Shown: piece by piece, positions 25,401 to 35,280 of the stretch | How the letters are laid out: every line of letters starts with the position of its first letter | How positions within the stretch are numbered: the stretch's first letter is position 1 | DNA from: Heterodontus francisci | Lineage: Eukaryota | Assembly: GCF_036365525.1 (NCBI RefSeq) | Contig: NC_090399.1 | Span: 66,582,862-66,646,861 of the forward strand | Direction: 5' to 3' | DNA: 64,000 bases | Position numbers and translations under genes: made by a program | The notes under the pieces: generated by a model | Databases searched by the model: none | Told to the model about the DNA's origin: nothing | Seen by the model: only the letters and a program-made list of their open reading frames with translations

Positions 25401-28400
25401 GGGGTGGTGAGCTGTTTGTAACTGAAGTTCCCCCTGTGTGTGTACAGTAAGTTTGTGTGGGTGGGGGGGGGGGGGTGAGCTGTTTGTAACTGAAGTTCCC
25501 CCTGTGTGTGTACAGTAAGTTTGTGTGGGTGAGGGGGGGTGAGCTGTTTGTAACTGAAGTTCCCCCTGTGTGTGTACAGTAAGTTTGTGTGGGTGAGGGT
25601 GTGGGTGAGGGGGGGTGAGCTGTTTGTAACTGAAGTTCCCCCTGTGTGTGTACAGTAAGTTTGTGTGGGTGAGGGTGTGGGTGAGGGGGGGGGTGAGCTG
25701 TTTGTAACTGAAGTTCCCCCTGTGTGTGTACAGTAAGTTTGTGTGGGTGGGGGGGGGGTGAGCTGTTTGTAACTGAAGTTCCCCCTGTGTGTGTACAGTA
25801 AGTTTGTGTGGGTGAGGGGGGTGGGGTGTGAGCTGTCTGTAACTGAAGTTCCCCCTGTGTGTGCACAGTAAGTTTGTGTGGGTGAGGGGGGGTGAGCTGT
25901 CTGTAACTGAAGTTCCCCCTGTGTGTGTACAGTACGTTTGTGTGGGTGAGGGGGGGTGAGCTGTTTGTAACTGAAGTTCCCCCTGTGTGTGTACAGTAAG
26001 TTTGTGTGGGTGAGGGGGGGTGAGCTGTTTGTAACTGAAGTTCCCCCTGTGTGTGTACAGTAAGTTTGTGTGGGTGGGGTGGGGTGAGCTGTTTGTAACT
26101 GAAGTTCCCCCTGTGTGTGTACAGTAAGTTTGTGTGGGTGAGGGGGGGTGAGCTGTTTGTAACTTAAGTTCCCCCTGTGTGTGTACAGTAAGTTTGTGTG
26201 GGTGAGGGGGGTGGGGGGTGAGCTGTTTGTAACTGAAGTTCCCCCTGTGTGTGTACAGTAAGTTTGTGTGGGTGAGGGGGGGGGGGGTGAGCTGTTTGTA
26301 ACTGAAGTTCCCCCTGTGTGTGTACAGTAAGTTTGTGTGGGTGGGGGGTTGGTGAGCTGTTTGTAACTGAAGTTCCCCCTGTGTGTGTACAGTAAGTTTG
26401 TGTGGGTGAGGGGGGGTGAGCTGTTCGTAACTGAAGTTCCCCCTGTGTGTGTACAGTAAGTTTGTGTGGGTGAGGGGGGGGGGGGGGTGAGCTGTCTGTA
26501 ACTGAAGTTCCCCCTGTGTGTGTACAGTAAGTTTGTGTGGGTGAGGGGGGTGAGCTGTTTGTAACTGAAGTTCCCCCTGTATGTGTACACTTCGTTTGTG
26601 TGGGTGTGGGGGGGGGTGAGCTGTTTGTGACTGAAGTTCCCCCTGTGTGTGGACAGTAAGTTTGTGTGGGTGAGGTGGGGGGGGGGGGGTGAGCTGTTTG
26701 TAACTGAAGTTCCCCCTGTGTGTGTACAGTAAGTTTGTGTGGGTGAGGTGGGGGGGGAGGTGAGCTGTTTGTAACTGAAGTTCCCCCTGTGTGTGTACAG
26801 TAAGTTTGTGTGGGTGAGGGGGAGGGGGTGAGCTGTTTGTAACTGAAGTTCCCCCTGTGTGTGTACAGTAAGTTTGTGTGGGTGAGGGGGAGGGGGTGAG
26901 CTGTTTGTAACTGAAGTTCCCCCTGTGTGTGTACAGTAAGTTTGTGTGGGTGAGGGGGGGTGAGCTGTTTGTAACTGAAGTTCCCCCTGTGTGTGTACAG
27001 TAAGTTTGTGTGGGTGAGGGGAGGGGGTGAGCTGTTTGTAACTGAAGTTCCCCCTGTGTGTGTACAGTAAGTTTGTGTGGATGAGGGTGTGGGGGGGGGG
27101 GGGGGGGGGTGAGCTGTTTGTAACTGAAGTGCCCCCTGTGTGTGTCCAGTAAGTTTGTGTGGGTGAGGGGGGGTGAGCTGTTTGTAACTGAAGTTCCCCC
27201 TGTGTGTGTACAGTAAGTTTGTGTGTGTGAGGGGGTGGTGAGCTGTTTGTAACTGAAGTTCCCCCTGTGTGTGTACAGTAAGTTTGTGTGGATGAGGGGG
27301 GGAGGGGTGAGCTGTTTGTAACTGAAGTTCCCCCTGTGTGTGTACAGTAAGTTTGTGTGGATGAGGGGGTGGGGTGAGCTGTTTGTAACTGAAGTGCCCC
27401 CTGTGTGTGTACAGTAAGTTTGTGTGGGTGAGGGGGGGGGGGGGTGAGCTGTTTGTAACTGAAGTGCCCCCTGTGTGTGTACAGTAAGTTTGTGTGGGTG
27501 AGGGGGGGGGGTGAGCTGTTTGTAACTGAAGTTCCCCCTGTGTGTGTACAGTAAGTTTGTGTGGGTGAGGGGGGGTGAGCTGTTTGTAACTGAAGTGCCC
27601 CCTGTGTGTGTACAGTAAGTTTGTGTGGGTGAGGGGGGGTGAGCTGTTTGTAACTGAAGTGCCCCCTGTGTGTGTACAGTAAGTTCGTGTGGGTGAGGGG
27701 GTGGGGTGAGCTGTTTGTAACTGAAGTGCCCCCTGTGTGTGTACAGTAGGTTTGTGTGGGTGTGGGGGGGGGGGGGGGGTGAGCTGTTTGTAACTGAAGT
27801 GCCCCCTGTGTGTGTACAGTAAGTTTGTGTGGGTGAGGGGGGGGGTGTGCTGTTTGTAACTGAAGTGCCCCCTGTGTGTGTACAGTAAGTTTGTGTGGGT
27901 GAGGGGGGGTGAGTTGTTTGTAACTGAAGTTCCCCCTGTGTGTGTACATTAAGTTTGTGTGGGTGAGGGAGGTGAGCTGTTTGTAACTGAAGTGCCCCCT
28001 GTGTGTGTACAGTAAGTTTGTGTGGGTGAGGGGGGGTGAGTTGTTTGTATCTGAAGTTCCCCCTTTGTGTGTACATTAAGTTTGTGTGGGTGAGGGGGGG
28101 TGAGCTGTTTGTAACTGAAGTGCCCCCTGTGTGTGTACAGTAAGTTTGTGTGGGTGAGGGGGGGTGAGCTGTTTGTAACTGGAGTTCCCCCTGTGTGTGT
28201 ACAGTAAGTTTGTGTGGGTGAGGGGGGGTGGTGAGCTGTTTGTAACTGAAGTTCCCCCTGTGTGTGTACAGTAAGTTTGTGTGGGTGAGGGGGGGTGAGC
28301 TGTTTGTAACTGAAGTTCCCCCTGTGTGTGTACAGTAAGTTTGTGTGGGTGAGGGGGGGTGAGCTGTTTGTAACTGAAGTGCCCCCTGTGTGTGTCCAGT

Positions 28401-31400
28401 AAGTTTGTGTGGGTGAGGGGGGGTGGTGAGCTGTTTGTAACTGAAGTTCCCCCTGTGTGTGTACAGTAAGTTTGTGTGGGTGAGGGGGGGTGAGCTGTTT
28501 GTAACTGAAGTTCCCCCTGTGTGTGTACAGTAAGTTTGTGTGGGTGAGGGGGGGTGAGCTGTTTGTAACTGAAGTGCCCCCTGTGTGTGTCCAGTAAGTT
28601 TGTGTGGGTGAGGGGGGGGGGGTGAGCTGTTTGTAACTGAAGTTCCCCCCGTGTGTGTACAGTAAGTTTGTGTGGGTGAGGGGGGGTGAGCTGTTTGTAA
28701 CTGAAGTTCCCCCTGTGTGTGTACAGTAAGTTTGTGTGGGTGAGGGGGGGTGTGCTGTTTGTAACTGAAGTTCCCCCTGTGTGTGTACAGTACGTTTGTG
28801 TGGGTGAGGGGGGGTGAGCTGTTTGTAACTGAAGTGCCCCCTGTGTGTGTACAGTAAGTTTGTGTGGGTGAGGGGGGGTGAGCTGTTTGTAACTGAAGTT
28901 CACCCTGTGTGTGTACAGTAAGTTTGTGTGGGTGAGGGGGGGTGAGCTGTTTGTAACTGAAGTTCCCCCTGTGTGTGTACAGTAAGTTTGTGTGGGTGAG
29001 GGGGGGGTGAGCTGTTTGTAACTGAAGTTCCCCCTGTGTGTGTACAGTAAGTTTGTGTGGGTGAGGGGGGGTGAGCTGTTTGTAACTGAAGTGCCCCCTG
29101 TGTGTGTCCAGTAAGTTTGTGTGGGTGAGGGGGTGGGGTGAGCTGTTTGTAACTGAAGTTCCCCCCGTGTGTGTACAGTAAGTTTGTGTGGGTGAGGGGG
29201 GGTGAGCTGTTTGTAACTGAAGTGCCCCCTGTGTGTGTCCAGTAAGTTTGTGTGGGTGAGGGGGGGTGAGCTGTTTGTAACTGAAGTTCCCCCTGTGTGT
29301 GTACAGTAAGTTTGTGTGGGTGAGGGGGGGTGTGCTGTTTGTAACTGAAGTTCCCCCTGTGTGTGTACAGTAAGTTTGTGTGGGTGAGGGGGGGTGAGCT
29401 GTTTGTAACTGAAGTGCCCCCTGTGTGTGTACAGTAAGTTTGTGTGGGTGAGGGGGGGGTGAGCTGTTTGTAACTGAAGTGCCCCCTGTGTGTGTACAGT
29501 AAGTTTGTGTGGGTGAGGGGGGGTGAGCTGTTTGTAACTGAAGTGCCCCCTGTGTGTGTACAGTAAGTTTGTGTGGGTGAGGGGGAGTGAGCTGTTTGTA
29601 ACTGAAGTGCCCCCTGTGTGTGTACAGTAAGTTTGTGTGGGTGAGGGGGGGTGAGCTGTTTGTAACTGAAGTGCCCCCTGTGTGTGTACAGTAAGTTTGT
29701 GTGGGTGAGGGGGGGGTGAGCTGTTTGTAACTGAAGTTCCCCCTGTGTGTGTACAGTAAGTTTGTGTGGGTGAGGGGGTGGGGTGAGCTGTTTGTAACTG
29801 AAGTGCCCCCTGTGTGTGTACAGTAAGTTTGTGTGGGTGTGGGGGGGGGGTGAGCTGTTTGTAACTGAAGTGCCCCCTGTGTGTGTACAGTAAGTTTGTG
29901 TGGGTGAGGGGGGGTGAGTTGTTTGTAACTGAAGTTCCCCCTGTGTGTGTACATTAAGTTTGTGTGGGTGAGGGGGGGTGAGCTGTTTGTAACTGAAGTG
30001 CCCCCTGTGTGTGTACAGTAAGTTTGTGTGGGTGAGGGGGGGTGAGTTGTTTGTAACTGAAGTTCCCCCTGTGTGTGTACATTAAGTTTGTGTGGGTGAG
30101 GGGGGGTGAGCTGTTTGTAACTGAAGTGCCCCCTGTGTTTGTACAGTAAGTTTGTGTGGGTGAGGGGGGGTGAGCTGTTTGTAACTGAAGTTCACCCTGT
30201 GTGTGTACAGTAAGTTTGTGTGGGTGAGGGGGGGTGAGCTGTTTGTAACTGAAGTTCCCCCTGTGTGTGTACAGTAAGTTTGTGTGGGTGAGGGGGGGGT
30301 GAGCTGTTTGTAACTGAAGTTCCCCCTGTGTGTGTACAGTAAGTTTGTGTGGGTGAGGGGGGGTGAGCTGTTTGTAACTGAAGTGCCCCCTGTGTGTGTC
30401 CAGTAAGTTTGTGTGGGTGAGGGGGTGGGGTGAGCTGTTTGTAACTGAAGTTCCCCCCGTGTGTGTACAGTAAGTTTGTGTGGGTGAGGGGGGGTGAGCT
30501 GTTTGTAACTGAAGTGCCCCCTGTGTGTGTCCAGTAAGTTTGTGTGGGTGAGGGGGGGTGAGCTGTTTGTAACTGAAGTTCCCCCTGTGTGTGTACAGTA
30601 AGTTTGTGTGGGTGAGGGGGGGTGTGCTGTTTGTAACTGAAGTTCCCCCTGTGTGTGTACAGTAAGTTTGTGTGGGTGAGGGGGGGTGAGCTGTTTGTAA
30701 CTGAAGTGCCCCCTGTGTGTGTACAGTAAGTTTGTGTGGGTGAGGGGGGGTGAGCTGTTTGTAACTGAAGTTCCCCCTGTGTGTGTACAGTAAGTTTGTG
30801 TGGGTGAGGGGGGGTGAGCTGTTTGTAACTGAAGTGCCCCCTGTGTGTGTACAGTAAGTTTGTGTGGGTGAGGGGGGGTGAGCTGTTTGTAACTGAAGTG
30901 CCCCCTGTGTGTGTACAGTAAGTTTGTGTGGGTGAGGGGGGGTGAGCTGTTTGTAACTGAAGTGCCCCCTGTGTGTGTACAGTAAGTTTGTGTGGGTGAG
31001 GGGGGGTGAGCTGTTTGTAACTGAAGTGCCCCCTGTGTGTGTACAGTAAGTTTGTGTGGGTGAGGGGGGGTGAGCTGTTTGTAACTGAAGTGCCCCCTGT
31101 GTGTGTACAGTAAGTTTGTGTGGGTGAGGGGGGGTGAGCTGTTTGTAACTGAAGTTCCCCCTGTGTGTGTACAGTAAGTTTGTGTGGGTGAGGGGGTGGG
31201 GTGAGCTGTTTGTAACTGAAGTGCCCCCTGTGTGTGTACAGTAAGTTTGTGTGGGTGTGGGGGGGGGGTGAGCTGTTTGTAACTGAAGTGCCCCCTGTGT
31301 GTGTACAGTAAGTTTGTGTGGGTGAGGGGGGGTGAGTTGTTTGTAACTGAAGTTCCCCCTGTGTGTGTACATTAAGTTTGTGTGGGTGAGGGGGGGTGAG

Positions 31401-34068
31401 CTGTTTGTAACTGAAGTGCCCCCTGTGTGTGTACAGTAAGTTTGTGTGGGTGAGGGGGGGGTGAGTTGTTTGTAACTGAAGTTCCCCCTGTGTGTGTACA
31501 TTAAGTTTGTGTGGGTGAGGGGGGGTGAGCTGTTTGTAACTGAAGTGCCCCCTGTGTGTGTACAGTAAGTTTGTGTGGGTGAGGGGGGGTGAGCTGTTTG
31601 TAACTGAAGTTCCCCCTGTGTGTGTACAGTAAGTTTGTGTGGGTGAGGGGGGGTGAGCTGTTTGTAACTGAAGTTCACCCTGTGTATGTACAGTAAGTTT
31701 GTGTGGGTGAGGGGGGGTGAGCTGTTTGTAACTGAAGTTCACCCTGTGTGTGTACAGTAAGTTTGTGTGGGTGAGGGGGGGTTGAGCTGTTTGTAACTGG
31801 AGTTCCCCCTGTGTGTGTACAGTAAGTTTGTGTGGGTGAGGGGGGGTGGTGAGCTGTTTGTAACTGAAGTTCCCCCTGTGTGTGTACAGTAAGTTTGTGT
31901 GGGTGAGGGGGGGTGAGCTGTTTGTAACTGAAGTTCCCCCTGTGTGTGTACAGTAAGTTTGTGTGGGTGAGGGGGGGTGAGCTGTTTGTAACTGAAGTGC
32001 CCCCTGTGTGTGTCCAGTAAGTTTGTGTGGGTGAGGGGGGGGTGAGCTGTTTGTAACTGATGTTCCCCCCGTGTGTGTACAGTAAGTTTGTGTGGGTGAG
32101 GGGGGGTGAGCTGTTTGTAACTGAAGTGCCCCCTGTGTGTTTCCAGTAAGTTTGTGTGGGTGAGGGGGGGTGAGCTGTTTGTAACTGAAGTTCCCCCTGT
32201 GTGTGTACAGTAAGTTTGTGTGGGTGAGGGGGGGTGTGCTGTTTGTAACTGAAGTTCCCCCTGTGTGTGTACAGTAAGTTTGTGTGGGTGAGGGGGGGTG
32301 AGCTGTTTGTAACTGAAGTGCCCCCTGTGTGTGTACAGTAAGTTTGTGTGGGTGAGGGGGGGTGAGCTGTTTGTAACTGAAGTTCACCCTGTGTGTGTAC
32401 AGTAAGTTTGTGTGGGTGAGGGGGGGTGAGCTGTTTGTAACTGAAGTTCCCCCTGTGTGTGTACAGTAAGTTTGTGTGGGTGAGGGGGGGTGAGCTGTTT
32501 GTAACTGAAGTTCCCCCTGTGTGTGTACAGTAAGTTTGTGTGGGTGAGGGGGGGTGAGCTGTTTGTAACTGAAGTGCCCCCTGTGTGTGTCCAGTAAGTT
32601 TGTGTGGGTGAGGGGGTGGGGTGAGCTGTTTGTAACTGAAGTTCCCCCCGTGTGTGTACAGTAAGTTTGTGTGGGTGAGGGGGGGTGAGCTGTTTGTAAC
32701 TGAAGTGCCCCCTGTGTGTGTCCAGTAAGTTTGTGTGGGTGAGGGGGGGTGAGCTGTTTGTAACTGAAGTTCCCCCTGTGTGTGTACAGTAAGTTTGTGT
32801 GGGTGAGGGGGGGTGTGCTGTTTGTAACTGAAGTTCCCCCTGTGTGTGTACAGTAAGTTTGTGTGGGTGAGGGGGGGTGAGCTGTTTGTAACTGAAGTGC
32901 CCCCTGTGTGTGTACAGTAAGTTTGTGTGGGTGAGGGGGGGTGAGCTGTTTGTAACTGAAGTTCCCCCTGTGTGTGTACAGTAAGTTTGTGTGGGTGAGG
33001 GGGGGTGAGCTGTTTGTAACTGAAGTTCCCCCTGTGTGTGTACAGTAAGTTTGTGTGGGTGAGGGGGGGTGAGCTGTTTGTAACTGAAGTGCCCCCTGTG
33101 TGTGTCCAGTAAGTTTGTGTGGGTGAGGGGGGTGGTGAGCTGTTTGTAACTGAAGTTCCCCCTGTGTGTGTACAGTAAGTTTGTGTGGGTGAGGGGGGGT
33201 GAGCTGTTTGTAACTGATGTGCCCCCTGTGTGTGTCCAGTAAGTTTGTGTGGGTGAGGGGGGGTGAGCTGTTTGTAACTGAAGTTCCCCCTGTGTGTGTA
33301 CAGTAAGTTTGTGTGGGTGAGGGGGGGGGGGTGAGCTGTTTGTAACTGAAGTTCCCCCTGTGTGTGTACAGTAAGTTTGTGTGGGTGAGGGGGTGGGGTG
33401 AGCTGTTTGTAACTGAAGTGCCCCCTGTGTGTGTACAGTAAGTTTGTGTGGGTGAGGGGGGGGGGGGGGGGTGAGCTGTTTGTAACTGAAGTGCCCCCTG
33501 TGTGTGTACAGTAATTTTGTGTGGGTGAGGGGGGTGAGTTGTTTGTAACTGAAGTTCCCCCTGTGTGTGTACATTAAGTTTGTGTGGGTGAGGGGGGGTG
33601 AGCTGTTTGTAACTGAAGTGCCCCCTGTGTGTGTACAGTAAGTTTGTGTGGGTGAGGTGGGGTGAGCTGTTTGTAACTGAAGTGCCCCCTGTGTGTGTAC
33701 AGTAAGTTTGTGTGGGTGAGGTGGGGTGAGCTGTTTGTAACTGAAGTGCCCCCTGTGTGTGTACAGTAAGTTTGTGTGGGTGAGGGGGGGTGAGCTGTTT
33801 GTAACTGAAGTTCCCCCTGTGTGTGTACAGTAAGTTTGTGTGGGTGAGGGGGGGTGAGCTGTTTGTAACTGAAGTGCCCACTGTGTGTGTCCAGTAAGTT
33901 TGTGTGGGTGAGGGGGTGTGAGCTGTTTGTAACTGAAGTTCCCCCTGTGTGTGTACAGTAAGTTTGTGTGGGTGAGGGGGGTGAGCTGTTTGTAACTGAA
34001 GTTCCCCCTGTGTGTGTACAGTAAGTTTGTGTGGGTGAGGGGGGGTGAGCTGTTTGTAACTGAAGTTC
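1426..34068 (+). repeat. Giant intronic G-rich minisatellite, unit TGAGCTGTTTGTAACTGAAGTTCCCCCTGTGTGTGTACAGTAAGTTTGTGTGGGTGA(G)n; 64 bp when n=7; ~490-500 copies
   Basis: Period 64 read directly (AGTAAG at 30661, 30725, 30789). The G-run varies from ~6 to >15. Copy number estimated as ~32.6 kb / ~66 bp. Consensus composition on the + strand is 25 G, 21 T, 10 A, 8 C. Confidence 0.99.
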
Positions 34069-34086
34069 TCTCTGTTTCTTGTGTAG

Positions 34087-34122
34087 GAGGAAAGATGAAA
34101 TCTGGTTACAGCCCAGCAAATC
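34087..34122 (+). CDS. First cytoplasmic-tail exon (MHC class I exon 6-like, Tyr motif)
   Basis: Acceptor ttctctctgtttcttgtgtAG (34085-34086), a 36-nt phase 1-1 exon, then donor GTa at 34123 just before the N gap. Spliced to the TM exon it reads ...WKRR-GGKMKSGYSPAN. GYxxA matches the conserved YXXA motif of MHC class I cytoplasmic tails. Confidence 0.8.
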
Positions 34123-34125
34123 GTA

Positions 34126-34359
34126 NNNNNNNNNNNNNNNNNNNNNNNNNNNNNNNNNNNNNNNNNNNNNNNNNNNNNNNNNNNNNNNNNNNNNNNNNNN
34201 NNNNNNNNNNNNNNNNNNNNNNNNNNNNNNNNNNNNNNNNNNNNNNNNNNNNNNNNNNNNNNNNNNNNNNNNNNNNNNNNNNNNNNNNNNNNNNNNNNNN
34301 NNNNNNNNNNNNNNNNNNNNNNNNNNNNNNNNNNNNNNNNNNNNNNNNNNNNNNNNNNN
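34126..34359. other. Assembly gap (234 N)
   Basis: Run of N characters. Confidence 1.
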
Positions 34360-34457
34360 CTTTGTCTTTGTCTGTGTTTCTCTCTCACCCTCTCTGTTAC
34401 TCTTTCTCTCACTTTCCCTCTGTCTCCCTCTCTCTCTCTCTCTCTGCCTCTCTACAG
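34360..34457 (+). repeat. CT-rich low-complexity/polypyrimidine tract ending in a candidate acceptor (ctctacAG)
   Basis: Imperfect (CT)n run immediately after the gap, ending in CAG at 34455-34457. Confidence 0.8.
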
Positions 34458-34508
34458 AACATTCACCATGTTGTAAAATATCTGAGGGACATAAATCTTT
34501 CCTTTTAG

Positions 34509-34543
34509 CACCTGCAGAAAGAGGAGAATCGAACTTGGCCTGA
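34509..34543 (+). CDS. Terminal coding exon of the MHC class I-like gene
   Basis: Acceptor aatctttccttttAG (34507-34508). Phase 1 continuation gives (P)PAERGESNLA then TGA at 34541-34543, resembling the xDRGES-type tail ends I recall for shark class I. It lies beyond the gap, so linkage to the upstream exons is inferred. Confidence 0.65.
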
Positions 34544-35061
34544 GATATGAAGTCCCTCACTGGAGTGACAGGGTGTGAGACTGAAGAACAGAATACTGAT
34601 TCAGATTACCTTGGACACGGAATACTCTGCCCTGTTCTGTAAACGTGTTGAAGCAAAGAACTGACTTAAACATGGTCCAGTGTAGAAACGGAAGATTGAG
34701 AGTATGAGACGCCCCCTCCCATTCCCTCGCTGCCTGAGGCCGTATCAGCAGTGAGAAGTGAACACATCCCCGAGGAGACGCTGGGTTTGTGCATTCTCAC
34801 AACAGTGCAGCGATGACACGGCTGGCGGCCATTTTACATAATGGAGACGTCCGTCGCCCCAATCACGTGGTGGGAGCGGCAGTCGAAACTATATTCACGA
34901 CATCATCTGGTGTTGGAGCTGGAGTCTAATGTAATATCGGCTTGTTACTGGGCAGAATATGTAAATAGTCTGGGAACACCAGCACAGGAAGTGATGTAAT
35001 CAAATCTGTATATAAACTCGTGTCATGTGTAAGTGGAAGCCGTAGATGCAGTACACGTGTA

Positions 35062-35109
35062 AATAAACTCCTGTTATCCTAACCGAAACCTTCGATATTC
35101 TGGAATAAA
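35062..35109 (+). terminator. Candidate polyadenylation signals AATAAA (35062-35067 and 35104-35109)
   Basis: Two canonical hexamers ~520 and ~560 nt after the stop codon. Confidence 0.55.
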
Positions 35110-35280
35110 CCTCACAATGTCAGAATATTACAGGAGCAGGTGCTGGTACCATATTTAAAAGACTGTCAGCCCTGCATATCGTCTCTTTGAGCATTGAATA
35201 GCAGTGCATTAAAGTAATACCTCTGTGTTTAGAATTAAAATCCTCAATCCACAAGCAAGTCACCAGGAAACCTTGTCAGG

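Noticed and set aside
1332-34560. Very long minus-strand ORFs (up to 2953 aa) of HPHKLTVHTQGELQLQTAHPP / SPTQTYCTHTGGTSVTNSSPP / THTNLLYTHRGNFSYKQLT, superficially mucin- or extensin-like
   Set aside because: The C/A-rich strand of the 64-bp unit lacks stops in all three frames. The frames interchange at random with G-run length, so no reading frame is conserved.
34950-34961. GGGCAGAATATG as the possible left Harbinger TIR
   Set aside because: Only 8/12 match to the reverse complement of the right end, and it is not preceded by TAA/TTA.
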